Shown in pieces: positions 1 to 39,245 of a stretch of 49,541 bases of DNA. Under the pieces are notes generated by a model. The model searched no databases, was not told the origin of the DNA, and was given only the letters and a program-made list of their open reading frames with translations. A program made the translations under genes and the position numbers. The stretch lies in the NCBI GenBank assembly GCA_030141605.1, contig JAQGDQ010000478.1:122363-171903 (forward strand), given 5' to 3'. How positions within the stretch are numbered: the first letter of the stretch is position 1; each line of letters opens with the position of its first letter. The DNA is from Tubiluchus corallicola. Its lineage: Eukaryota > Animalia > Priapulida.

Positions 1-1320
1 CAGGCTGCAGGTAAACACATTGACAACAAACACGCAGGCTGCAGGTAAACACATTGAAACATGTTGACAACAAACATGCAGGCTACAGGTAAACACATTG
101 ACAACAAACACGCAAGCTACAGGTAAGCACATTGAAACATGTTGACAACAAACATGCAGGCTACAGGTAAACACATTGAAACATCGTTGACAACAAACAT
201 GCAGGCTACAGGTAAACACATTGAAACATGTTGACAACAAACACGCAGGCTACAGGTAAACACATTGAAACATCATTGACAACAAACACGCAGGCTACAG
301 GTAAGCACATTGAAACATCATTGACAACAAACACGCAAGCTACAGGTAAGCACATTGAAACATTGTTGACAACAAACACGCAGGCTACAGGTAAGCTCAT
401 TGAAACATCGTTGACAACAAATGCAAGCTACAGGTAAGCACATTGAAATATCATTGACAACAAACACGCAGGCTACAGGTAAGCACATTGAAACATGTTG
501 ACAACAAACATGCAGGCTACAGGTAAACACATTGAAACATCGTTGACAACAAACACGCAGGCTACAGGTAAACACATTGAAACATCGTTGACAACAAACA
601 TGCAGGCTACAGGTAAACACATTGACAACAAACACGCAGGCTACAGGTAAACACATTGACAACAAACACGCAGGCTACAGGTAAGCACATTGACAACAAA
701 CACGCAGGCTACAGGTAAACACATTGACAACAAACACGCAGGCTACAGGTAAACACATTGACAACAAACACGCAGGCTACAGGTAAACACATTGACAACA
801 AACACGCAGGCTACAGGTAAACACATTGACAACAAACACGCAGGCTACAGGTAAACACATTGACAACAAACATGCAGGCTACAGGTAAGCACATTGAAAC
901 ATGTTGACAACAAACACGCAGGCTACAGGTAAACACATTGACAACAAACATGCAGGCTACAGGTAAGCACATTGAAACATGTTGACAACAAACACGCAGG
1001 CTACAGGTAAACACATTGACAACAAACACGCAGGCTACAGGTAAGCACATTGAAACATTGTTGACAACAAACACGCAGGCTACAGGTAAGCACATTGACA
1101 ACAAACACGCAGGCTACAGGTAAGCACATTGACAACAAACACGCAGGCTACAGGTAAGCACATTGACAACAAACACGCAGGCTACAGGTAAGCACATTGA
1201 CAACAAACACGCAGGCTACGGGTAAGCACATTGACAACAAACACGCAGGCTGCAGGTAAACACATTGACAACAAACACGCAGGCTACAGGTAAACACATT
1301 GACAACAAACACGCAGGCTA
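1..1320. repeat. Minisatellite, 34-bp core TTGACAACAAACACGCAGGCTACAGGTAAACACA with 44/45-bp variants; truncated by window start; probably in an EAF intron
   Basis: Period 34 seen directly (TTGACAA at 724 and 758); longer units carry an extra TTGAAACATG or TTGAAACATCG. Confidence 0.97.
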
Positions 1321-1701
1321 GTACTGCAGATGCGCTACTGATAAAAGTGATGTCAAAGTTATTCAGTCGAATCCCGGTAATACGATTTTCACAGAACCAA
1401 AATATTTTTTGTATTAAGCATGTTTCATACTGTGCATTTCGCTTCTCTCACCATACAATAGCTTCTAATATGTTATGTCTAATATAAAATCACAATTAAT
1501 TCATGACTGGTTTATTCAAAACACTGAATGGAAAACTGTCAACATTCACTAAGTTTAGCGTATTATAAAGTTTGATTTATTATTTGATTTGCGCATAAGG
1601 TAAATATTACTGATTTCAAATCTGCTCGACTGCTTTGGTGAGCTTTACAAATGTTTTTCCTAGCGCTGCTTGTTTCGTAATATTGTACGTTTTTCTTGTA
1701 G

Positions 1702-1830
1702 TATTTGCTGAGAGTAAGCCGTCCAGCGCTGTGACCAATACCACGTTACACCAAGCGCCACCTCCGGTACGTCATTCTCACTCTACGGCTCATCATAGTC
1801 GGCATCATGAGAAAGGCTACAGTCAACTCA
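1702..1830 (+). CDS. EAF: EAF penultimate coding exon (Pro/His/Ser-rich)
   Basis: AG/GT boundaries; open frame FAESKPSSAVTN...YSQL; 129 nt. Confidence 0.75.
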
Positions 1831-4761
1831 GTAAGCGTTTATTTCTTCATCTTTATTGTGGATTTGCATATTTTTAAGTTAAAAATGGCAGCTGTGAAAG
1901 TAGACACTATAGGAGAGTTTAGTTTAGTTTAAATGTAGTTTTACTGATAACAGAGATTACATTATGGCTCCAACAGACAGTTGATAGATGTTCTTGCCAA
2001 AGCAACGTAACACTTACAGAATGCAGACAATAAACAAACAGTAGAAGCATTACAGTACGACTACTAGCAGTATAGACACATACATAACATAATGTTGACA
2101 ATCGCATTAAAGTTACTAGGTGAACAATGTAAACTAATGCAATGGTTAGAAGTACTTAGTGAGAAATATATATTTCTGTAGAAGCTTAAATACTTGGATA
2201 TTAACAGTTATATATTTAAGTGTTAATGAAGAAGCAGATAAACGAGTTCATTTGTTGACAGATTAAAATTATTAATTCTATATGGAATTAACAAAGTACA
2301 GACTTTGCTTAGTAACATATCTCAATACTGGTGATATAACGGGCAGCTAATAAGAAAGTGACTAATTGTTTCAAAAGGGGCAGCGCATCTACAGGTTGGT
2401 AAAGTGGGGGTTCCGTCATAGTTTTTACATCCTCTCTGGCTCAGGTCAAAGTTTAGTTGAGAAAAACCAGCCCACATTTGAGGAACAGTTAGTCTGTGGT
2501 CATCGCCAGGGTAATATTTAGTCTGCTTGTTGAAACACAAGTGTACAAGTGTTTTTTAAATATAATTTAAATGGCGATCAGGACCCACTATTACGCATAT
2601 AGCGAGGAAGTAGATTCCATGAATCAAAGCAGAAGCAAAGAAGGAATTAACAAATGAAGTTGAATGATGATTAAAGTCTCTGAAATCATCGCCATTATGT
2701 GCAGCATACGGTGTGACATCTCTGACTCTTGGCAATATATCACACTCTCTGGCAATATATCACACTCTCTGGCAATATATCACACTCCCTGGCATTATAT
2801 CACACTCCCTGGCAATATATCACACTCTCTGGCAATATATCACACTCTCTGGCAATATATCACACTCCCTGCCATTATATCACACTCCCTGGCAATATAT
2901 CACACTCTCTGGCAATACATCACACTCTCTGGCAATAGATCACACTCTCTGGCAATATATCACACTCTCTGGCAATATATCACACTCTCTGGCAATACAT
3001 TACACTCTCTGGCAATATATCACACTCTCTGGCAATATATCACACTCCCTGGCATTATATCACACTCCCTGGCAATATATCACACTCTCTGGCAATACAT
3101 CACACTCTCTGGCAATATATCACACTTTCTGGCAATATATCACACTCTCTGGCAATATATCACACTCTCTGGCAATACATCACACTCTCTGGCAATATAT
3201 CACACTCTCTGGCAATATATCACACTCTCTGGCAATATATCACACTCCCTGGCATTATATCACACTCCCTGGCAATATATCACACTCTCTGGCAATATAT
3301 CACACTCTCTGGCAATATATCACACTCTCTGGCAATATATCACACTCTCTGGCAATATATCACACTCTCTGGCAATACATCACACTCTCTGGCAATATAT
3401 CACACTCTCTGGCAATATATCACACTCCCTGGCATTATATCACACTCCCTGGCAATATATCACACTCTCTGGCAATACATCACACTCTCTGGCAATATAT
3501 CACACTCTCTGGCAATATATCACACTCTCTGGCAATATATCACACTCTCTGGCAATATATCACACTCCCTGGCAATATATCACACTCTTGGCAATATATC
3601 ACACTCTCTGGCAATATATCACACTCTCTGGCAATATATCACACTCTCTGGCAGTATATCACACTCTGGCAATATATCATACTCTCTGGCAATATATCAC
3701 ACTCTCTGGCAATATATCACACTCTCTGGCAATATATCACACTCTCTGGCAATATATCACACTCTGGCAATATATCACACTCTCTGGCAATATATCACAC
3801 TCTGGCTATATATCACACTCTCTGGCAATATATCACACTCTCTGGCAATATATCACACTCTGGCAATATATCACACTCTCTGGCAATATATCACACTCTG
3901 GCAATATATCACACTTTCGGGCAATATATCACACTCTCTGGCAATATATCACACTCTCTGGCAATACATCACACTCTCTGGCAATATATCACACTCTCTG
4001 GCAATATATCACACTCTCTGGCAATATATCACACTCTCTGGCAATATATCACACTCTCTGGCAATATATCACACTCTCTGGCAATATATTACACTCTCTG
4101 GCAGTATATCACACTCTGGCAATATATCACACTCTGGCAATATATCATACTCTCTGGCAATATATCACACTCTCTGGCAATATATCACACTCTCTGGCAA
4201 TATATCACACTCTCTGGCAATATATCACACTCTCTGGCAATATATCACACTCTGGCAATATATCACACTCTCTGGCAATATATCACACTCTCTGGCAATA
4301 TATCACACTCTCTGGCAATATATCACACTCTGGCAATATATGACACTCTCTGGCAATATATCACACTCTGGCAATATATCACACTTTCGGGCAATATATC
4401 ACACTCTCTGGCAATATATCACACTCTCTGGCAATATATCACACTCTCTGGCAATATATCACACTCTCTGGCAATATATCACACTCTCTGGCAATATATC
4501 ACACTCTGGCTATATATCACACTCTCTGGCAATATATCACACTCTCTGGCAATATATCACACTCTGGCAATATATCACACTCTCTGGCAATATATCACAC
4601 TCTGGCAATATATCACACTTTCGAGCAATATATCACACAAATATGGTGGAACTAACCGATTTATAATTTTATACAAAAAACATATGCAGAAATAATTAAA
4701 CTGCTGTTTTTTTTCAGGCGAAGATTTGCAACTGAGTGAGTCTGGCAGTGACAGCGATTAA
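1702..4761 (+). CDS. EAF: ELL-associated factor (EAF1/EAF2-like), 3' end: join(1702..1830,4718..4761)
   Basis: Acceptor ttttcttgtag|1702, donor 1830|gtaagc, acceptor ttttttttcag|4718, phases compatible (1/1). The spliced product ends ...HEKGYSQLSEDLQLSESGSDSD*, matching the conserved EAF C-terminal motif DLQLSESGSDSD (recalled, not searched). Upstream exons lie outside the window. Confidence 0.85.
2200..2640 (-). mobile_element. Degenerate non-LTR retrotransposon (L2/CR1-group-like) ORF2 C-terminal fragment; boundaries approximate
   Basis: ORF 2322..2540 contains CRC-x4-ETISHFLISCPLY, the CxC..ET..H....CP.Y zinc-knuckle pattern found at the end of many LINE ORF2 proteins. Confidence 0.7.
2725..4638. 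repeat. 20-bp minisatellite GGCAATATATCACACTCTCT (about 95 copies, 18-bp variants in 3' half) in last EAF intron
   Basis: Direct periodicity. Confidence 0.98.
4718..4761 (+). CDS. EAF: EAF last coding exon
   Basis: Strong pyrimidine tract plus CAG; encodes (S)EDLQLSESGSDSD, TAA at 4759-4761. Confidence 0.87.
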
Positions 4762-4998
4762 GCGACTTCGTTTCTTAATGCGCTTCTCTGAACGCTCCTG
4801 ATACTTGGTGTTTTTCAATCAATTATCAGTTGGTAATTTTCATGGTTGTTATCAATATTTTTACGTGTTTCACACTAATGTTTGTAAGCTGTACTTGTGT
4901 TTTCATTGTTTACACTTTAAGACCTCAGAAGCAAGAAAAACAACAACGTATCATTGATGAAGTAATGTAGAACTCAGGATAATGGAGTGATTTTGTTA

Positions 4999-5004
4999 AA
5001 TAAA
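4999..5004 (+). terminator. Probable EAF polyadenylation signal
   Basis: AATAAA about 240 nt after the stop, followed by a T/GT-rich tract at 5020-5045. Confidence 0.55.
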
Positions 5005-5639
5005 ATTTACATGAAAGAGTTTTTATTGATTTTTTGTTTGCAGTGTGCTTGGTATTTAGAACGTTGAGGCTTCAGAACACAAGAGGGAAGGGAAAAGCTC
5101 AATTCTAACTGATAACTATATTTGCTTAGAAGCCATAGTTAAGCAGCGTCAGATGTGATCAGTAAATAAATGGATGAGTGAGCGGCAAATTGCTTCTCAG
5201 TGGTTTCTTCCACTGTGTACTCGTCTGAACAAAGTAAGGCACCTCTGCCGGTGAACCTGATTCAAAACAACTGCTTATATGTTTGACAATTGAGTAGGTT
5301 CCAGTCTATTTGCAACAAGGTGGGGTTCCAGTCTATTCGCAACAAGGTGGCTTTGCAGTTGAGTGCTAGAAACCGATCTGCTGTATTACAGTCTGAATCA
5401 AAATGTAATATATGTACAGCAGGTTGTATGATTGTATGAATTCTGTAAGCATAGGATTAGGAAATGAGGAAAAAATTTTACACTCTCCACTCTCTGCACG
5501 TCCATTACCAAAGAATCAAATGCAATATTAAGGGGACAATGGTCAGTCGTCAGTTAAACATGTGATCTAGTGATCTCGTGTTTTAATGGCATAAATGTTT
5601 GCGCAATAAACCATTCTACCTGGAAGAATGTTGTATACT

Positions 5640-6345
5640 GTAATTCATCCCTTGCTTAACGGTGCTAATGCGTTCCAGCAAATGCAACGTTAAACAAAAC
5701 GTCGTTAAACGAAACCAAGACTTTCCATAGAAAGTAATGTAAAAGAACCAAGATATGTTCCACAGACAAAAATGCATGCTAATTCATATGCAAATAAATG
5801 TCTTTTGAGTTTCATTCATATTTCTACTGAATAATTTCTTTCTGCTTGCTTGAAAGTACCTATATTTCTTACCGATACCTAGCTAGCAGTTCCTGTTTCG
5901 TTATTCATGATTGCCTGTGCATTAGTAATTGAGCACTGCATGGTATAAGCCTTGCCACTGGGTAGTCTTGACACAGTTTCTGTCTAGATAATGATTTCCA
6001 TAGTAGTACGCTGCACGCAAAATTCCTTTGCATAAAATTTGCACACGTTTGCCTGAAGGCATAAATTGTAAATCTCACTTTTTACAAATGGCTAGCATTT
6101 AACAGTCAGTCAAGAAGCAAAAACAAATTATAATTGTACTGTTTTATGTTACTAATGCGTTTTTCAAGCAGAATAATACAATATGTCCCGTTTTAATGTT
6201 GCAAATTTGATAAAAATGTTGTTGATAAAGTAAAATGGCTTTGAGTAAAAAAATCGTCGTTAAAATGAAATGAGTCATTGAACTGGCATAAGTGTCAAAT
6301 GTTTAGCGTCGTTAAAACGAAATATCACTAAACGGGGATTTGTTG
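5640..6345. mobile_element. Degenerate pogo/Tigger-like MITE; boundaries approximate
   Basis: Left CCCTTGCTTAACG..TGCGTTCC, repeated CGTCGTTAAA subterminal motifs, right end TAAACGGGGATTTGTTG|TA. TIRs are poorly matched. Confidence 0.4.
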
Positions 6346-6383
6346 TACGGGAAAAATATCTCTGCTCCAGAAGATTAACAAAA

Positions 6384-7078
6384 CCACATTGTAAGGTTTT
6401 TTAAATCAACAACATAAGTTTACGGTGGCTTCATAATCCACATTATGTGAGGTTTTGAATCAACAATATAAGTTTACGGTGGCTTCATAATCCACATTAT
6501 GTGAGGTTTTGAATCAACAATATAAGTTTACGGTGGCTTCATAATCCACATTATGTGAGGTTTTGAATCAACAATATAAGTTTACGGTGGCTTCATAATC
6601 GACATTATGTGAGGTTTTGAATCAACAATATAAGTTTACGGTGGATTCATAATTGACATTATGTGAGGTTTTGAATCAACAATATAAGTTTATGGTGGCT
6701 TCATAATCCACATTATGTGAGGTTTTGAATCAACAATATAAGTTTATGGTGGCTTCATAATCCACATTATGTGAGGTTTTGAATCAACAATATAAGTTTA
6801 CGGTGGATTCATAATCGACATTATGTGAGGTTTTGAATCAACAATATAAGTTTACGGTGGATTCATAATGGACATTATGTGAGGTTTTGAATCAACAATA
6901 TAAGTTTACGGTGGATTCATAATCGACATTATGTGAGGTTTTGAATCAACAATATAAGTTTACGGTGGCTTCATAATTGACATGTGAGGTTTTGAATCAA
7001 CAATATAAGTTTACGGTGGCTTCATAATTGACACTATATGAGGTTTTAAATCAACAACATAAATTTACGGTGGCTTCA
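6384..7078. repeat. 54-bp tandem repeat, about 13 copies, between the converging 3' ends of EAF and TENT4
   Basis: TACGGT at 6421 and 6475; unit AATCAACAATATAAGTTTACGGTGGCTTCATAATCCACATTATGTGAGGTTTTG. Confidence 0.97.
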
Positions 7079-7170
7079 CGATCGATTTGACCTTTATAAT
7101 AATTTTTATCGTTGACGTTTGATTTTTTAAAACAACGACAAAAACATTAGGAATTCGGTTTTACAACTAT

Positions 7171-7176
7171 TTTATT
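7171..7176 (-). terminator. Candidate distal poly(A) signal of TENT4 (implies a 3' UTR of about 3.6 kb)
   Basis: AATAAA on the - strand followed by a GT/T-rich tract (TGTTTTTGTCGTTGTTTT); 7150-10806 shows no obvious repeats. Confidence 0.45.
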
Positions 7177-10100
7177 TTTTTTAAACATTTTGCAACACAC
7201 TTTTATAAATATGAGACTGAAATACGTGTTATCTCAACATTCTGATTCCTGCGTTAAGCACTAAGAGCTTCATAACAAAATGGCAGCACATTTTACGAAA
7301 CATAACGTATTTTTAGAAACATCAGTTAGATATCAGTGCCAAAAGAACTAACAAGTACTAACTGCTTATATATGTGCAAGTAATACAAGCAAAGTGTTGC
7401 TGTCTATCACATGCTTGCCATAATAATACTTGCAATGCACCACAACTTAGTCCTATTAATGACACAAGCTTACTCAACTAAGGAAATTAATATCATGCAG
7501 CAAAAAATATCAAAGAATATCATTCTGTAGAGATATGTCATGTCTACGTGTCATACTGTGACATTTTCTGCCTACTTGAGAAATCACGTGTAAAAATTTT
7601 TCCATTTTTAAGCTCTAAGTACATTTAATGAAGAACAGTTTGGAGCATTCTTGCATTTAGGCACTTAATGTTCAGCAAAATAATCGAATCAATACTTATA
7701 TATACAATAATTTTACATCATAGACAACACAGAAGTCTTTATAGAGCTGACAATAAAACATTGCTCCTAAAATAATCATTCGTATTTTTTAGAAAACTAT
7801 AGTACTGTATCAGCGTGTACCATCGAACATTTTCAAAAGACGTGCAAATGAGAAAAATACTTGAAAAGCTGAACGTGGAAAAATGTTTTCCAGTCATTTG
7901 TGAACAAAACTGATTTTACCAGTTCCTGTTATTTTGGATTTTAGACACACAATGTTTGACACTTATCACACAAGCAAACAAATAGCACAGATACGTAAAT
8001 AAAAACCACAGTGTCACTGCGAAATAAAATCAAATTCTTTATACACGAACTTTCTACATCTTAAAGGCAATCAAACAGTGTGCTTAGATTGAGAGTGAAA
8101 TACGACTGACGATGGATTTTTGCACTGAGATTTTTTTACGAACGTTTTTTAGTTAACATTGAAAACGATGTTATCAAAACCACGCAATAATAATCATTAG
8201 CCGGGTTAACATTAAAATAAATCATTGCTGATTAACCTAAATATGATGCTATAATGTTGAAAGAAATGATAAATTGTGTAGAGTTACAGTAGTTGGGCAC
8301 TGCATTTACCCAAACTGAAAGAGAACACATGATTACCCTCACCCAAAAACTGTATATCACTTTACCTAGAAATTCTGGAGCCGCAACTAACTTGTTCCAG
8401 GTGGCAGCAGCAGTATGTCCAGACATTTTTAAGAATAACCTAACATTAATTCGCAAGCGTTAATATAAAAGTATTTCAGTGAAACCTACTTTCATTTGAA
8501 AATAATACCGTGACTAGCCTATTACAATACTAATGTCATTACAGGTTCTAAGCAGTCATACAACCATTTCTTACTGCTTGCTACATGTTTTAAATAAAGT
8601 GGTTTCTTTTTATTTCAAAGTTTCCTGAAACATAATCCTTAATATCATAATATCCTAATAATCATTCATTCAGTATTTTTTTTACATTTTAGTAACACAA
8701 AACTTACGGCATAAATAATGAAAAATATCATTGTTACGTTAAACACTAAAATCTTTAATACTTACCGATGAAATACAGTTATTAACGCGAGTTTATTCAC
8801 TCAACATATTTTACACAACAACGTACACAGTTAATATTTTTTTGTTTTCTAAGATGAGACGGTAAAGCAAACAATTGAAAATTAGATAATATATCAACCT
8901 GTGAATATAAATTTATCTCTGAGTGTTAAATATTATCTTGTCATCTGTACAAAGTGTTAGAAGCAGTCAGGAAAAATCCCAGCTTCGGGCAAAGTACATA
9001 TATTGTACAATGCACAAAAGTGTTATTACTAAAACAACTTTGTAACGAAAACTTTGAACCTCATAATTTCATAAAATTCTAAGCGTATTATATGAATTTA
9101 TAAATCAGGATATGAAGGAAATTTCATTTGTTTGTTTTAAAGCTACACACAAATAATCAACAAGCACCTTTGTTGACAAACAACGCTTCTTTTCAACTAC
9201 TAGATTCTATCTCTGGCAAAAATTAACAACAATTACAAAATTTCACAAGTTCGTCTGCCGTACCAAGCAGACAATGGAATGGTTTAACACTTTGACTATT
9301 TCACACACCCATTTGATATGATACTTTGATTAAAGTAAACAAGCCTGAGCAGGCAACTAACGATAACAATAGTAATTCGCTAAAGTCCAAACAGTCGCGT
9401 ACAAGTACAGAGGCCACTAGCTAAATAAAATATAATCTTAAAACTAACAACTACAATCATCAATGTGCCGTTATCAAAACAATCACCACTTGAAATAAAC
9501 AATCACAATAATATAACATTTGGCATTGTAAAGGAGCAGTAGTTTTCTCCTTGCACCTTTTCTCTCACGCACACGCGTTCACACAGCTATAACCAAACAC
9601 ACAGAGTTAGTACATGTGCACTAAGCCTAACAATTAACTATAAAAGATAAAATACACTCACTTTTTATAAAATATTTTTATTATCCAACACGTGACGATA
9701 TATTTCCTTATTTGAACAAGTCATTTTGGTGTTTTTGGTTCGGAAGCTACGACTTCAATCATTAACCAAAGTCAAAGATTTCCCATATTTTACCATTTAT
9801 TAGGCTGTGTTGAAAATTTTCCAACTTTCGACCGATCTATTCTAAACGTACATTTTTCGCACGCACTCATATTAAGATCACACATCAAACGAGCATTAAA
9901 TTTACTAACTAGAAAACATTCGTTCAAGATAAACCACCTTGAAGTGGGCAGAAACAAAATGGCTGAAATTGTCGCGCCATCCGCTCTAAACCCTGCTACA
10001 CTCAATCACATTGTTTTACTCCCATCACAGATTATGTCGAACCTATAAAGGTCCAGTTACAAATGGCTACTATGTGTCCGAGTGCACTAAATCTTTTTAA

Positions 10101-10806
10101 GATTTTTAGCTTGTGTTTAATGTTTGACTTCGTGTGAATCAGGAGAAGATATGTAGTATCACCTCAAAAATGGCATTAAAACGAGTTTCGTCAAGTAAAA
10201 GAGTGATGAAAGGTATAAAAAATTACCATTTGCAGAAACATGTACGAACATGCGTACGGATCTGCACGAGAACTGTAAGCATTTTTTATTGCATGAATGA
10301 CACGCTAAAATATCAAGCAAAACCAGTACAAACCACATAAAACACAAGCTAGGTCTGCCACCGTTAATAAAATAACTACTTGTGCATAAATTTCATTTTT
10401 CCATGGCTGTTTATCATCAGCTAGATATGAGAACTTTACTCTAACGGCATTATTTATTTCTAGCATTAAGTGGCCACAATACGATTGCTTTAAGTTAAGT
10501 TCTTGAAAACCCTTAACAAAAACTGAAATTATTACATCATTGCATTAGAAACTATAAACTCGTATAGCTGTTAATCTGCATAGCATCGGGATATTGCCCA
10601 AGCCCAATATTAAATGCAGAGTAGATCAGACGATACTTGTTATGATTTGATACTGTCGACTAGCAAATCATCAAAATAGCTATATACATTGCTCACCAAT
10701 ACTAGTCCTGAAGCTATGCTAGTTCATACGCTCACAACAACTAATCCTATACTGTGGGATATCATTATAAAATTATTTACACATCGTGGAAGAGCCGTAT
10801 CCTTTG

Positions 10807-36955
<26,149 letters not shown>

Positions 36956-37019
36956 CCAACGCCGGCCTGTTTTGCAAATCAATTGATCCACTTTAAAAAT
37001 ATCACAACAATCGACCAAG

Positions 37020-37170
37020 AAACGAGTTTAATGTCGGGGATTTAAAAATCTGGTAAGCGACCGTCTTGCAAATAATGGCCCCCGCACAGCAAGCCTGCGC
37101 AGTACGCCGATATTGTTCGCCATCTAGTGTACACATTTTTAATCTGCTAAGCGAAAGTCACCCATTCGTG
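37020..37170 (-). promoter_or_regulatory. Probable TENT4 core promoter / 5' UTR
   Basis: Local CpG/GC-rich patch just upstream of the ATG, with TGCGCA and a CTCF-like motif (CACTAGATGGCG on -, 37118-37129). Confidence 0.5.
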
Positions 37171-37499
37171 TAATATTATTCCTCAGTATCAATACTGATT
37201 TCTGAAAAATTGGAAAAGGTTTAAGGCTACCAGTAAGAAAAGACAGCTGGAGTTGAATTTATACTTTAAAAATCAAATAGGGTACTAATACATTAAAGTC
37301 GTTTTAATTATAAAATTTAAAAAATCATGCACTTTTAGTTTTACTCTTACTTTTTTAGTATGGTATGTTAACATAATTATGTACAATTTTTAATTTACAT
37401 GCAACTCAAATTTTTTAATTGGTCGACAAGACACTTTGACATTGTATCTATTTTGTTTCATTTACCCTATAATTTTGTACCGTGTTTATCTCTATTTTA

Positions 37500-37730
37500 G
37501 ATACCGTAGATTGACTACATTTGGACAGATAAACATACAGGACACACGAAAAACAAGAGGACACCCATTTGAACTGCTCAAAACAAGACTGCATGAAAGA
37601 TGGAACAAAAGGAAAGATGTATTTTCTAACAGAGCAGTTAACGCCTGAAATAACCTGATTTCTCATCTAGTCGACTCCACCCATTTAGCTTAGTTCAAGA
37701 CTCGTTTGGATAAACACTGGTAAAATCACC
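37500..37730 (+). mobile_element. CR1-clade LINE 3' ORF2 remnant
   Basis: TRGHPFELLKTRLH...VFSNRAVNA*NNL...FKTRLDKHW matches the CR1 terminal signature TRGH..KL...FS.RVVN.WN.LP....FK..LD. Confidence 0.8.
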
Positions 37731-37959
37731 TAGAAAACTGCACCTTTAGTTTTTTACAATGCGCTCGGAAAAGCAGAGGGACCAATAGCAAAATAATTAC
37801 GTTAAATCCCCATCAGTTATTACGGATTATGGGTTATGGAAACAATAGCAAAAACAACACTACATAATCGTCATTATTATTTTGTATCTGATTTTTTGCA
37901 ACATGCTATATAGTAATCATGTTTTTCATTATTTTCAATAATGATAGAAATAGAACGGT

Positions 37960-38475
37960 TTGCATTTGTATTTCAACATTTGCAGACGATACAAAGGTGT
38001 ATAATCCAATTAACTCTGTATAACTTCGGTTATGGTATAACTTCAGTATAAGACATCACTATCGTTTAACAGAATAACGTTGAGCAATTATATAGGTGGA
38101 ATAATAATTGTCAGAATGATGTTATTTAATGCTGATAATTGCATAATGCTTTGCATAGTTGGTGTGTTAATAACGTCAGATCTTTGTTGAAAGTTTCCCA
38201 ACAATGTGCTGCGTCTGTTAGAAAAGTAAAGTGTCCTAATAGGTTTGGTGGCCCAGTGGTCTAAATTGTCGACTGCACACAAGTTTAGCGAATTTTAATT
38301 GTAATCTTGGTATCGAAACTAGAGGATACCGATGCAAGGGCATATATCTTAATTATACGAGACCATGCAGTGCTGCTCAGTATTTTCATTAACAATGATA
38401 AAAACATCTGCAGTCGTGTTTTAAAATTTGCAAGTGATACAAAGCTGTATAGCCCAATTAACTCTGTAGAGCAGA
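37960..38475 (+). mobile_element. Two short CR1-like reverse-transcriptase core fragments
   Basis: FADDTKVYNPINSV near 37980-38020 and LLSIFINND...VLKFASDTKLYSPINSV near 38370-38470. Confidence 0.7.
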
Positions 38476-39245
38476 TCATTAGTTTCATAAAATCACGTTC
38501 AGTGACCAATTATGCAGTAAGAGTGATGATTTTCAGACGCTATTTTCATGCTGATAAATTAATGTGAGGTAATGCAATGCGGCTCACACGACTGGACAAT
38601 TCCCAGTGATCCTCATATCAAAAAAGTACTCCACCCAATGGAGTGTCATGGCTATTATTTTATTTATTTTTTAATTACTTGACTTGTGGCTATAAGAACG
38701 AACCAGGCCGTAAAACATCCAAAATAGTTCTGTTTGTCAGTTTTTTCGGAATAGTTATACCCGTTATTTTCAGAGAACGAAAAAGAACGCGCTAGGGTGC
38801 TATCACAAATGGTTGGATAGCCCGGTGAAAGTAGTAGGTGCTACAGTATTTAAATTACGCGGGCGTCCCTTGTCTTCCTGCAACAGGTGTTTTCCCGTAC
38901 CCAACCTCCCAATTTTTTCGTTCTTTTAGTGAAATATTATGGAGAAAACAGGGACGCATCATGGGATTCCAGGAGAGAACTTTATATCACTTTGGAAACA
39001 GAAGGAACGGAGTTATGCAGTGATGTAGGTCTCTTTTACCATAACCTTCACCAGGAGGAAAGGCTAAAGTACGAGTGCCTCTCGCTTGGAAAACTGCTAA
39101 CGCAAAATCATTCTTAGCGATGTGATCTACTTAGTACCCTTAGCCTAAAAACTGCTACATGTTATTAGGTTGTGCAGTAGAACGAATAAACATCAATAAA
39201 GTAGCACAGAAAAAATAATGTAGAATGTTTGCATAAGGAAGCTGC

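Noticed and set aside
206-1104. Cys/Val- or Thr-rich repetitive ORFs
   Set aside because: Artefacts of the 34/44/45-bp minisatellite.
1635-1877. 80-aa ORF resembling a secreted peptide precursor (hydrophobic N-terminus, KR site)
   Set aside because: It has a TTG start; the hydrophobic part is the intron pyrimidine tract and KR overlaps the gtaagc donor. The central part splices in phase to the EAF terminal exon.
2664-4695. 559-aa and 660-aa ORFs
   Set aside because: Translations of the stop-free 20-bp minisatellite in an EAF intron; the same peptide cycles through all frames.
36956-37018. 21-aa N-terminal extension of TENT4 in the ORF track
   Set aside because: It starts at TTG; the family-typical start is MDP at 36955.
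38838-39117. Two overlapping short ORFs in the TENT4-PRPF38B gap
   Set aside because: Non-ATG starts, no recognisable family and no convincing exon chain; a BLASTX or RNA-seq check would be needed to revive them.
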